This document shows, in pieces, positions 48,111-57,247 of a DNA stretch of 64,000 bases. This stretch comes from an uncultured Gammaproteobacteria bacterium (GTDB taxonomy: Bacteria; Patescibacteriota; Microgenomatia; Levybacterales; UBA12049): assembly GCA_965230895.1 (NCBI GenBank), contig OZ246394.1, positions 101,879-165,878 on the forward strand, given 5' to 3'. Each line of letters starts with the position of its first letter. The stretch's first letter is position 1. The position numbers and the translations under genes were made by a program. Below the pieces are notes generated by a model that was not told the origin of the DNA, did not search any database, and was given only the letters and a program-made list of their open reading frames with translations.

Positions 48111-49385
48111 CTATCTTTGTCCAGCTTTTGCAGCCATTTTAGTTCCAGCAATCGTTGCCACACTTGGCGCCGCAACAACTGCCGCAGCCGCAGCTGTTGC
48201 GGCTAGAAGGGCTACACCAAGAGCTTTCAAAAGAGTCTTAAGGAATCCTAATCTCTTTTTTTCATTTTCATCTCCATCCTTTTCAGCTTGTGCCATCTTG
48301 TCATCCAGTGAATCCGCCATTGCATTAGCAGCTGCGGCTGCACCTTCTGGGCCTGCGATATTTGCATTTACATTTGCGGCTTCAAGAACTGTTTTTACAT
48401 CTTCCACATACGCAGGATTTTCTGCTATTGTATCAAGCACAGATTTAAAATCTGTTCCAAGATCAGCTAATTCTTTTACATTCTCAGCTAATCGTTTCGT
48501 TGCTTGCTGTTCTGGCGTCAATTCAGAATCCGCCTTATTCTCAGTATCCGCAACTTCCTGGGCAATTTGTTCTGCTTCTGCATTTACTGTCGCAGGAGTA
48601 GCTTCTGGAGGAGGAGCAGAGTTATTTGTTGCTTCAACTGTTGCCCCTTGAGCTCTTTCATCAGCTGATGGTTCTTTGTATTGAGCTTGACCTTCCCAGT
48701 CTTTCCAATCTTTTTTCACTTGCTCAGCAGTTGCTTGTTCTCCTGTTTGGGGCGCTGGTGGTGTTTGCTCCGGTGCTTGAGGTGCTGTTGGTTGCGCCTG
48801 CTCTGCGGTTTGATTAGTTTGAGGTGCGGTGTCAGCTTGTTGCTTGAGCATATCCTCTGCGCCTTGAGATACTTGCTTTTCCATATCACTTAACGCCTTT
48901 TTGGCTGCTTCATTTCCACCATCTGCAAGGGCCTTGAGCTCTTCTGGAGTTTTGTTCATCATGTCATTGATTTGGTCTTGTTGAGCATCCAAGTTCTGAT
49001 TCTCTTGCGCAGGGGGTTGGTCACCTGGTTGCTCTGATCCTGACTCAGGCGGATTTGGATTTTCTACAGCTGGATTTGTTCCTTCTGGGGTAGTTTGTGC
49101 TGCACCTTGTTCCTTTTGCATCGTATCAACTAAATTATCACCTTGATTTAATTCATTTGCGAAATTTTTGACAGTATCTTCAATGTCTTGAGGGGTTTTT
49201 GCTGAATCTACAGTATTCTGTAAGTTTTCAGCTGCAGCAGATCCTGCATTTTGATTCTCTTGTCCGGCTGGATTTGTCGCTGGTGAGCCAGCTTCTACTT
49301 GTGGAGCAGCAGATGATTCAGGTTTTGAAACCGGAGGTGGAGTTGCTTCTGGTGTTGGTTGTGGCCCTGATGGCGCTTCAGCCAT
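48111..49385 (-). CDS. Large acidic P/Q/A/E-rich low-complexity protein with a C-terminal hydrophobic segment
   Basis: 424-aa ORF overlapping the upstream gene by 8 nt; Ala-rich hydrophobic tail. Confidence 0.75.
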   Translation of the reverse strand: MAEAPSGPQPTPEATPPPVSKPESSAAPQVEAGSPATNPAGQENQNAGSAAAENLQNTVDSAKTPQDIEDTVKNFANELNQGDNLVDTMQKEQGAAQTTPEGTNPAVENPNPPESGSEQPGDQPPAQENQNLDAQQDQINDMMNKTPEELKALADGGNEAAKKALSDMEKQVSQGAEDMLKQQADTAPQTNQTAEQAQPTAPQAPEQTPPAPQTGEQATAEQVKKDWKDWEGQAQYKEPSADERAQGATVEATNNSAPPPEATPATVNAEAEQIAQEVADTENKADSELTPEQQATKRLAENVKELADLGTDFKSVLDTIAENPAYVEDVKTVLEAANVNANIAGPEGAAAAANAMADSLDDKMAQAEKDGDENEKKRLGFLKTLLKALGVALLAATAAAAAVVAAPSVATIAGTKMAAKAGQR

Positions 49386-49719
49386 TGACTGGTACTCCTT
49401 TCGCTACATTTAATGCATGCTCTATATTTCCATTTTGGATATGTTGGCTCATAAGTTCAAGTTTCTTCAGTCGATCTTCTTCTTCATATGGTTTTGCGTA
49501 CTTCAAATACATTGCCTTTGCTTCAACATGTTCCTGGCTAAATTTATAAAGCTTATCTAAAAGATCTTTTTTATCTTGAAGAGGTAAGAGTGCCAAGAAT
49601 TCCTGCGCCATTGCTCGACCTTGTTCTTCAGTGATACGGTTTTCCTTGAGGTTTGAGATGATTGCATCAAGAAGATCTTTTTCTACATCTGTAGTGAGGG
49701 TCTGCATTGATTGATCCAT
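49378..49719 (-). CDS. Small helical hypothetical protein
   Basis: 113 aa; -10 TATAGT 6 nt before ATG; coupled to 48111-49385. Confidence 0.7.
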   Translation of the reverse strand: MDQSMQTLTTDVEKDLLDAIISNLKENRITEEQGRAMAQEFLALLPLQDKKDLLDKLYKFSQEHVEAKAMYLKYAKPYEEEDRLKKLELMSQHIQNGNIEHALNVAKGVPVNG

Positions 49720-49746
49720 ACTTCTACTATAAGGAAAGTTTGCAGC

Positions 49747-50853
49747 TTATGCAAGCGGATTATATATTGAAATTAAGCTATTCTTTGAATGGGTTAACTT
49801 TATCAACTTATTGTTTTTGATAGTAAAAAGATCTTCTATTCGTACGCCGACCTCATCGGGTAGGTAAATTCCTGGTTCAATTGAAAAAACCATTCCATTT
49901 TTAAATGTATTCTTCGAATTTGGTGCAATTCTAATACCCTCGTGTACCTCTAATCCAATACCGTGACCAAGCGTGTGGGGGATTGAAGGGTAGCTCTGTG
50001 CAAGTATATATTCACGTGCTATCGCATCGATGTCTTTTACCGCAATTGCTGTTGGCATATCTGTCTGCAACTTCTTTTCTAATTCATCAATTGCAAGTTG
50101 TTGAGCTTCTTTAACAGTTTTGTAAATGTGCTCGTGTCTTTTATCAGGTTTTCCAAAAAAAATAGTTCTTGTCATGTCAGAGCAATAATTTTCAAAACGG
50201 ACGCCGTAATCTAAAAGGACAACCATATTTCTTTCTAACGTAGTATTGCCTGATAAGTGATGGGGAACCGCTGCATTTGTTCCAAAGGCTGCAATTGTTC
50301 TAAAAGAAATATCATATCCTACATTTTTAATGAATAATTCTAATTTATTTGCAAGTTCTATCTCACTTATTCCTTCTATCAACTGTGTTTGAATATAGGT
50401 AAAGGCTTTATCGCCAATAGCACAAGCTTGTTGAATCTTTTCGAGCTCATCTTCAGATTTTTCTTCACGTAATGTGTCTAATGTAATAGCGTTAAATACG
50501 ATGTCATCTGATGGAAAAGTTTTGTATTCAGCTACGGTTATATTATCTTCTTCGTAACCACAATCTTTGACCTTTTCAGACTTTATAATTTTTCCAAGAA
50601 TATCTTTCAGCAAATTATTGCGTGATGATTCGATCGCTTTAACATGTTTTATTTGTTTTGCTGCAGTAATATAAAGCGCATTTGTGATAAGGTAGGCATT
50701 CTTTTTTGTTACAAAAAGATATGCATCACGTTCTTCTGAAGAAAATCCTTGATACCCAGTTAAGTAAATAATATTTGGAACTGAAGATATGAGTACGGCA
50801 TCGAAAGATTGTTTAATAAAGAGTTTGCGGAGGTTTTCTAGACGAGAATCCAT
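49747..50853 (-). CDS. Xaa-Pro aminopeptidase (M24B)
   Basis: NIIYLTGY, PHH, DYG...YCSDMTRT, HTLGHGIGLEVHE, EPGIY, GVRIED. Confidence 0.92.
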   Translation of the reverse strand: MDSRLENLRKLFIKQSFDAVLISSVPNIIYLTGYQGFSSEERDAYLFVTKKNAYLITNALYITAAKQIKHVKAIESSRNNLLKDILGKIIKSEKVKDCGYEEDNITVAEYKTFPSDDIVFNAITLDTLREEKSEDELEKIQQACAIGDKAFTYIQTQLIEGISEIELANKLELFIKNVGYDISFRTIAAFGTNAAVPHHLSGNTTLERNMVVLLDYGVRFENYCSDMTRTIFFGKPDKRHEHIYKTVKEAQQLAIDELEKKLQTDMPTAIAVKDIDAIAREYILAQSYPSIPHTLGHGIGLEVHEGIRIAPNSKNTFKNGMVFSIEPGIYLPDEVGVRIEDLFTIKNNKLIKLTHSKNSLISIYNPLA

Positions 50854-50855
50854 GT

Positions 50856-51629
50856 TTAACGAGTTGTTCGAACTGTAGGAGTTGGGGAAGTCGTCGTTGT
50901 TGCTGCAGAACTGGCTGTTGCAGCTGAGACATTAATTCGAGGATCTTTAGGAATTCCGATAAAGTCTACAAGTCTACTTGCAGCAATGACAGTTGCATCA
51001 GTTCGGCTAGCTGATCCCGCAAATGAAATTCTATCGCCAACTGCTATCTTTGAAAATCCATATTTAACCAAACCATCTTCAGGAGTATATGAAGAGAGCT
51101 TGGTTGTTGTTGCGATATCTACCTTTACTTCTTTTTGTTCCGGAGTCATTACTGTTAACTGGAAACCCTTTGCGTCAATTGCTGTTACAGCGCCACTATA
51201 AATGGTTGGAGTTGCGTAAGTATTGATATATCGAGCTAAGAGTCTTTTCGATTGTTTATTATAAATTCCTAAAACACTTATTTTTGTACCTTTCGTAATA
51301 TCTGAAATGCCGAAGTTTTTATTACCAGTTGATGCAAACTTTGTAATCTCATCCACATCAACAAAGCGGTTATTTCCTTCATTGTCTGTTAACGTGATTT
51401 GATTGCTTTTTACCTCTGCAACAGTTCCTATCAATCCTCGCTTCTCAACAAGATTTAACTCAGAAACTCTTGAAGCAATTTTTTCTTTCAATTGATTGAT
51501 CTGATTATCAAGCTTTTCTTTCACAGCTGCGTCGGTAGTAGTTGGAGCGGGTGTTGCGGTCGTTGCATATGCTTGTCCTGCTGAGAGGCCAAAGAAAACA
51601 ACTGTACTGATTATTAATGCTTTTTTCAT
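50856..51629 (-). CDS. Secreted protein with two OB-like (DUF5666-type) repeats
   Basis: Signal peptide; two GxVxxI...I/LTV...TK...I..GDRI/GTKI repeats. Confidence 0.6.
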   Translation of the reverse strand: MKKALIISTVVFFGLSAGQAYATTATPAPTTTDAAVKEKLDNQINQLKEKIASRVSELNLVEKRGLIGTVAEVKSNQITLTDNEGNNRFVDVDEITKFASTGNKNFGISDITKGTKISVLGIYNKQSKRLLARYINTYATPTIYSGAVTAIDAKGFQLTVMTPEQKEVKVDIATTTKLSSYTPEDGLVKYGFSKIAVGDRISFAGSASRTDATVIAASRLVDFIGIPKDPRINVSAATASSAATTTTSPTPTVRTTR

Positions 51630-51633
51630 AAAC

Positions 51634-52077
51634 TTAGAAACTTTCTGTTGAATAGGTCACTGTGCGTGAAATTCTTTTTTCCTGTCCATCAGGAAAAATA
51701 GCGGAAACTTGTAATACACTTGTACCATCCGGGATAGCTTGTGTCAAGGTAAAATCACCATTATCAGCTGGCTTTACGACTTGGTCTGTTTCATCCGTTG
51801 AGATTGTTACTGTTGCTCCTTTGACAGCCTTACCTTTAATAGTAATGATTTGCTTATCAAAAACTTGTTCGTCAGTTGGTGTATCAAGAGAAAGGACATT
51901 TGTATCTGGCTGGGTAGGCGATGGTACTACTTTTTGTTGCTGATCATTTATTGTTACTGGAGCTGATTCCTCGGGCGGGAGGGTTCGAGTTGTTTGATAA
52001 ATATAGAAAGCAAATCCTGCAGCAACTAAACCGACAAAGACGGCAACAAATGATAATATGACTTTTTCAGCTTTCAT
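51634..52077 (-). CDS. Membrane-anchored Ig-like domain protein
   Basis: N-terminal TM; ITIKGK...ATVTI...DNGDF beta-sandwich pattern. Confidence 0.65.
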   Translation of the reverse strand: MKAEKVILSFVAVFVGLVAAGFAFYIYQTTRTLPPEESAPVTINDQQQKVVPSPTQPDTNVLSLDTPTDEQVFDKQIITIKGKAVKGATVTISTDETDQVVKPADNGDFTLTQAIPDGTSVLQVSAIFPDGQEKRISRTVTYSTESF

Positions 52078-52086
52078 GGGGGCGGG

Positions 52087-52106
52087 CCTGCCTGTCGGCA
52101 GACAGG
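52087..52106. repeat. Short palindromic element in a 5' UTR
   Basis: Minus strand CCTGTCTG-CCGA-CAGGCAGG hairpin 9 nt upstream of ATG 52077. Confidence 0.55.
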
Positions 52107-52249
52107 TAACTCAGGTTATGATACGATAAATGATATATCTTGTCAAGAAATTCGCGAAGCTAGTTTACCTTGATTTGACAGGATAAGTCATGGATGAGCT
52201 GATAATTGGTCTTTGCAAAATTCAAGTGACATGATATAGTATCATTTAC

Positions 52250-52756
52250 ATGGAAATTGCTCTACTAAATAAATCTGCTTTACGAATTAAAGGAAAATTC
52301 GTTACCTTCGTTGTGAATCCTCTTGATGCAACTACTGCCAATGCAGCGTTTCTTCTTGATGATTCAATTGAAGATGTACAGACAGAAGAATCAGTTATTG
52401 TACGAGGTCCAGGAGATTATGAAATTGGAGGCGTTAAGATTGTTGGCACACGTGGAAATAAGGGTATTGTTTATAGCATGAATATTGATGGAATGGATGT
52501 ACTTGTAGGGAAAATTGGAACACTTTCAGCTATGCAGCATAAGTTGAAAGAGCATAATATTGTCATCGGGCTCTGTAGTGAGCAACTTGATGCGGCGTTT
52601 TTGACTTCTCTCACAACAAATGTTGTCGTTTTCTATGGAGAAAAAGCAGCAGAAGATGCACAAGGATTTGAAAAAGAGAAAGTTCAACAAATGAACAAAT
52701 ATTCTGTCGCCCTCGGTAAGTTACCAACGGAAGTAGAAACAATACTGCTTGCTTAA
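52250..52756 (+). CDS. Degenerate metallo-beta-lactamase-fold protein
   Basis: MEI.L...ALRIKG...VVNP and GPGDYEIGGV motifs, but no HxHxDH. Confidence 0.55.
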   Translation: MEIALLNKSALRIKGKFVTFVVNPLDATTANAAFLLDDSIEDVQTEESVIVRGPGDYEIGGVKIVGTRGNKGIVYSMNIDGMDVLVGKIGTLSAMQHKLKEHNIVIGLCSEQLDAAFLTSLTTNVVVFYGEKAAEDAQGFEKEKVQQMNKYSVALGKLPTEVETILLA

Positions 52757-52792
52757 ATTTCCAATCGCTAGTAATATAAATTTCACCTCGTT

Positions 52793-54127
52793 ATGGCAAT
52801 TAAAGTTTTACCTCACAATGAAGAAGCTGAGCAAAGTGTTTTAGGTGCGATTCTTATCGATAAAAATGCGATTGTTCCAGTATCTGAAGTTCTTCGAACA
52901 GAAGATTTCTACAGCGATATCAATGGAATGATTTATAGTGCGATGTTAATCTTATATGAAGCTCGTCGTCCAATTGATCTGCTAACCCTCACAGAGCAAC
53001 TTAAAAAGAATAAGGATCTTAAAAAAATTGATTCCGCATATTTAACTGATTTGGTTGAAAAAGTTCCAACCGCTGCAAACGTGAAGCATTATGCAGATAT
53101 CGTCAAAGAAGAAGCTACAAAACGGTTTCTCATTACAGCTGGAACTGAAATTGCTGAAATGGGATATACAGAAAATAGTGAAGTCAAAGAGATTTTAGAT
53201 AAAGCAGAATCTTCAATCTTTTCAATTTCTCAAGGACATATGACACGAGGTTTTCTGCCAATCAAAGATACACTCGCGGATAGTTTTGATCGTATTGATG
53301 AACTACAGAAAGTGGGAAGTGGACTCCGTGGAGTAAGAACTGGTTTTACAGATTTAGATAATCTTCTTTCTGGAATGCAAAAGAATAACTTGATTATCCT
53401 TGCAGCCCGTCCAGGACAAGGTAAAACTGCTTTCATGTTAAATATCGCGCAGAATGTAGCGGTGCGAGACAAAAAGGCTGTCGGTATCTTCTCTCTTGAA
53501 ATGAGTAAAGAGGAATTGGTTGACCGTATGCTCGTCGGGCAAGCTGATGTTGATGCATGGCGCTTGAAGACAGGTAAATTGTCTGAAGAAGACTTTAGCA
53601 AAATCTCAGATGCAATGGGACAATTGGCTGAAGCGCCAATTTATATTGATGATACACCAGGTATTAATTTGGTAGAAATGCGAAGTAAAGCTCGCCGATT
53701 ACAAATGGAGCATGATCTTTCATTGCTCGTTGTCGACTATCTTCAATTGATTGACCCAGGCAAAAAGTATGACAATCGTGTACAGGAAGTAGCTATGATT
53801 TCTTCTGCACTGAAGAATCTTGCCCGTGAATTGGGGATTCCGGTGCTTTCCGCTTCACAGCTTTCCCGTGCGGTTGAGCACAGAACAGGGGACAAAAGAC
53901 CACAACTTGCTGACCTTCGTGAATCCGGTACGATTGAACAGGACGCTGACGTTGTTATGTTTATTTATAGACCAGAGGTAGAAGTAGTAACACCGATGAT
54001 TCCTGTAAAAGTTTTGGTCGCGAAACATAGAAACGGTGCGACAGGTGATGTAGATCTTATGTTCCAAGGCAACAGAGTCCGATTCATGAATCTAGAAAAA
54101 GCCCACACAGATCCACATGGTGCGTAA
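52793..54127 (+). CDS. dnaB: Replicative DNA helicase
   Basis: PHNEEAEQSVLG, AARPGQGKT, FSLEM, VDYLQL, SQLSR, DLRESG.IEQDAD, KHRNG; no intein. Confidence 0.97.
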   Translation: MAIKVLPHNEEAEQSVLGAILIDKNAIVPVSEVLRTEDFYSDINGMIYSAMLILYEARRPIDLLTLTEQLKKNKDLKKIDSAYLTDLVEKVPTAANVKHYADIVKEEATKRFLITAGTEIAEMGYTENSEVKEILDKAESSIFSISQGHMTRGFLPIKDTLADSFDRIDELQKVGSGLRGVRTGFTDLDNLLSGMQKNNLIILAARPGQGKTAFMLNIAQNVAVRDKKAVGIFSLEMSKEELVDRMLVGQADVDAWRLKTGKLSEEDFSKISDAMGQLAEAPIYIDDTPGINLVEMRSKARRLQMEHDLSLLVVDYLQLIDPGKKYDNRVQEVAMISSALKNLARELGIPVLSASQLSRAVEHRTGDKRPQLADLRESGTIEQDADVVMFIYRPEVEVVTPMIPVKVLVAKHRNGATGDVDLMFQGNRVRFMNLEKAHTDPHGA

Positions 54128-54129
54128 TA

Positions 54130-54777
54130 CTACTTTTCAGATTGAGGCTGCGATGCTTGATGCAACTCTTCATATCTTGAAACTACTTGTTCTAATTGTT
54201 CGACTTCTGTACGTCCTTCATCACAAATAACGTCCTTGAAACCTGGAATCATATCTACTCCTGCTTTCATTCTTCTTAACGTTTCTACATCTTCGTTGGC
54301 TAACGAATTTTCATTTTTCTCTTCTCTTCGCAAGATGGTTCTTAATCTTGCTCGTGCTCTCATTTGGTCGTTAAATTCATCAACTATTTCGTATGGATCT
54401 TCAATTGTCTTTGACCCATCAAGCGACTTATAGACAGGTTCTCCTTGGTTTATCACAATCGCTAATCCTGGCTCCATATTTCCGCTCATCATTTCCTGCA
54501 TATGCATTGCTGTATCCATTCCTGCTTGAAATCCTGATGTAAATGCTTCTTGAAGCTCTCCACGTCTCTGTCTTCTTCTTGCAAGATAATCATTTGTCAT
54601 GAGCGCTCCAGTTGTAACAGCGCATACTGTTGCACTAATTTTATCTCCATCGTTATATGCAGCACCTGTCATGCCTGCGGTAGCAACTGTCCCAAGATTT
54701 CTCTTTTGGTCGACTACGCATTCACTGGCACGGAAAGTGCCTCTTAAAATTTTCCCTCGAATGTCTCTTTCTTTCAT
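54130..54777 (-). CDS. Hypothetical protein (orphan-like)
   Basis: 215-aa ORF; MKER N-terminus; two G/A/T-rich weakly hydrophobic segments. Confidence 0.65.
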   Translation of the reverse strand: MKERDIRGKILRGTFRASECVVDQKRNLGTVATAGMTGAAYNDGDKISATVCAVTTGALMTNDYLARRRQRRGELQEAFTSGFQAGMDTAMHMQEMMSGNMEPGLAIVINQGEPVYKSLDGSKTIEDPYEIVDEFNDQMRARARLRTILRREEKNENSLANEDVETLRRMKAGVDMIPGFKDVICDEGRTEVEQLEQVVSRYEELHQASQPQSEK

Positions 54778-54865
54778 AAATTGGGATTATAATATCTTAT
54801 AATATTAAAGTCAATGCACGTCCGAGCTAAACATTTCATTTTGTCTCTGCTAAAATAAACATGTT

Positions 54866-56128
54866 ATGGTTGAGAATCTTAAAAAAGCACTTTATTTCCA
54901 GATTGCATCGTATTTTAAATTCTTTGCTGCTATTCGTTTAAAGAAATGGAATCCGAAGATTATCGTTGTGACCGGTTCCAATGGAAAAACGACATTACTT
55001 CATATGCTTGAATCTCAGCTTGGTTCTAACGCGAAAGTTTCACATCATGCAAACAGTGCTTATGGCGTACCATTTGATATTTTGGACCTTCATCGGTCGA
55101 CAATGTCGGGGAATGAATGGATTCAATTATTTATAAATGCTCCTCGCAATGTATTTAAACCTCTTCCAAAAGAAAAGATTTATGTCGTGGAAGCCGATGC
55201 AGATAGACCTTTTGAAGGCGTATTCCTTGCAACATTATTAAAACCTGATGTAGTACTTTGGGTAAGTACTGGACGGACTCATAGCATGAATTTTGATTAT
55301 CTTGTGACAGAAGAAGAATTCAAATCTGTCGAAGAAGCAATTGCATATGAATATGGGTATTTCTTAAAGTATTGTCGTGAGCTAGCTGTAATAGATGGCG
55401 ATTCTGATCTTGAAACTGAACAAATTGGACGAACTAAGGTAAAAGTAAAAGCTATTACTAAGAAGGATTTTCTCAAGGGTTATTATGTTGAGAAAAATGA
55501 GACAAAGTTTCAGATAAAAAATAATTCGTATTCTTTCAAAGGTCTTTTACCTGAAGAGATTTATCTTTCAATTGCCATGTGTCGAGAGGCCGTAGCATAT
55601 TTGGGAGAGCCATTTGATGAGAATTTTACAAATTTTGAATTACCTCCCGGTAGAGGAACTCTCTTAAAAGGTAAAAAAGATACGATATTGATTGATAGTT
55701 CATACAATGGAAATCTTGGTTCCATTAAAGCGATGCTTACGATGTTTGATAAATTCCCAGCGAAGAAAAAATGGGTTGTAATAGGGGATATGAAGGAACT
55801 TGGAAAAGAAGAGAAAGAAGAACATGAAGCATTGGCAGTTTTATTAAAAGAAATGGATTTAGAAAAAGTGATTTTAATCGGAAAACTTGTACAGCAATAT
55901 ACATTGCCAAAATTGAAAAACGCAAAAGGGTTTAAGAAATCACCAGATGCAGCTAAGTATTTAGAAGAAAATATAAAAGGTGAAGAATCAATCCTTTTTA
56001 AGGGATCACAGTCAATCTATTTGGAGGGCTTGATAGAGCCATTACTCGAAGATCCAAACGATTCTAAAAAATTACCGAGACAGACAACCTTTTGGAATAG
56101 TCAACGAAAGAAAATAGGTTTTAATTGA
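54866..56128 (+). CDS. murF: Mur ligase, MurF-like (N-terminal domain shortened)
   Basis: VTGSNGKTT, PPGRG, IDSSYN, GDMKELG, FKGS; adjacent to ddl and alr. Confidence 0.8.
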   Translation: MVENLKKALYFQIASYFKFFAAIRLKKWNPKIIVVTGSNGKTTLLHMLESQLGSNAKVSHHANSAYGVPFDILDLHRSTMSGNEWIQLFINAPRNVFKPLPKEKIYVVEADADRPFEGVFLATLLKPDVVLWVSTGRTHSMNFDYLVTEEEFKSVEEAIAYEYGYFLKYCRELAVIDGDSDLETEQIGRTKVKVKAITKKDFLKGYYVEKNETKFQIKNNSYSFKGLLPEEIYLSIAMCREAVAYLGEPFDENFTNFELPPGRGTLLKGKKDTILIDSSYNGNLGSIKAMLTMFDKFPAKKKWVVIGDMKELGKEEKEEHEALAVLLKEMDLEKVILIGKLVQQYTLPKLKNAKGFKKSPDAAKYLEENIKGEESILFKGSQSIYLEGLIEPLLEDPNDSKKLPRQTTFWNSQRKKIGFN

Positions 56129-56161
56129 CTCTTCATATGAGAAAGTATATTATTGCTTAGC

Positions 56162-57244
56162 ATGAAAAAGACTCGTGTAGCTATCCTCTTTGGCGGTAAA
56201 TCTGCAGAGCATGAAGTTTCCCTCCAGTCTGCAAAAAGTATTATCGATGCTATCGATAAAGATAAATACGAAGTAATAAAAATTGGAATCGACAAGCAAG
56301 GTAAATGGCTCCTCAATGATCAAAGTGACTTTCTCCTCAATGCTGAGGATCCTAAATTAATCAGCTTAAATAATTCCAATAAAGAGCTTGCAGTCTTGCC
56401 AGGAGATGAAAGACAAATGGTTGGCCTGCATCAAGAAGAAGTGGGAAAAGTTGATGTCGTTTTTCCGGTTTTGCATGGCACACTTGGTGAAGATGGAGCA
56501 ATGCAGGGGTTACTTAAATTAATGGATGTAGCATTTGTAGGAGCAGATGTCTTGGGCTCAGCCGTAGGAATGGACAAAGATATAATGAAGCGTTTACTTC
56601 GTGATGCGGGGATACCAATTGGTAAATTTATTTCTTTAACAAAAGGAAATACGATTAGTTTTGCTGACGCGAAAGAGAAAGTTGGTGCACCAATGTTTGT
56701 TAAACCAGCGAATCAAGGATCCTCAGTTGGTGTCCACAAAGCACATGATGAAGTCGAGTTTGATAAAGCAATTGCAGATGCATTTCTTTATGATACAAAG
56801 ATTCTTATTGAAGAATTTATTGAAGGTCGTGAAATTGAATGTTCAGTTTTAGGAAATGAAGATCCACACTGTTCTGTTCCTGGAGAAATCATTCCGCACC
56901 ATGAATTTTATTCATATGAAGCAAAGTATATCGATGAAGATGGGGCAGGATTAAAAATACCAGCAGAACTATCAGAAAGTTTGGTGCATGAAATTCAAGA
57001 GATTGCTATCAAAACATTTATGACATTAAATTGTGAAGGAATGGCAAGAGTAGATTGTTTCTTAACAAAAGATAATAAAGTTTTTGTAAACGAAATTAAT
57101 ACAATTCCTGGTTTTACAAAAATTAGTATGTATCCAAAACTTTGGGAAGCAAGTGGTATATCTTATGCAGATTTAATTGATACGCTAATTCAATTAGCTA
57201 TTGCTCGACATGATCGCCAAAAAGGCTTGAAGACCTCATTCTAA
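56162..57244 (+). CDS. ddl: D-alanine--D-alanine ligase
   Basis: GGKSAEHEVSLQS, LHGTLGEDG, GSSVG, FYSYEAKY, NEINTIPGFT. Confidence 0.97.
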   Translation: MKKTRVAILFGGKSAEHEVSLQSAKSIIDAIDKDKYEVIKIGIDKQGKWLLNDQSDFLLNAEDPKLISLNNSNKELAVLPGDERQMVGLHQEEVGKVDVVFPVLHGTLGEDGAMQGLLKLMDVAFVGADVLGSAVGMDKDIMKRLLRDAGIPIGKFISLTKGNTISFADAKEKVGAPMFVKPANQGSSVGVHKAHDEVEFDKAIADAFLYDTKILIEEFIEGREIECSVLGNEDPHCSVPGEIIPHHEFYSYEAKYIDEDGAGLKIPAELSESLVHEIQEIAIKTFMTLNCEGMARVDCFLTKDNKVFVNEINTIPGFTKISMYPKLWEASGISYADLIDTLIQLAIARHDRQKGLKTSF

Positions 57245-57247
57245 TCT

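Noticed and set aside
52793-54127. Intein in dnaB
   Set aside because: Length is 444 aa with contiguous motifs and no insertion
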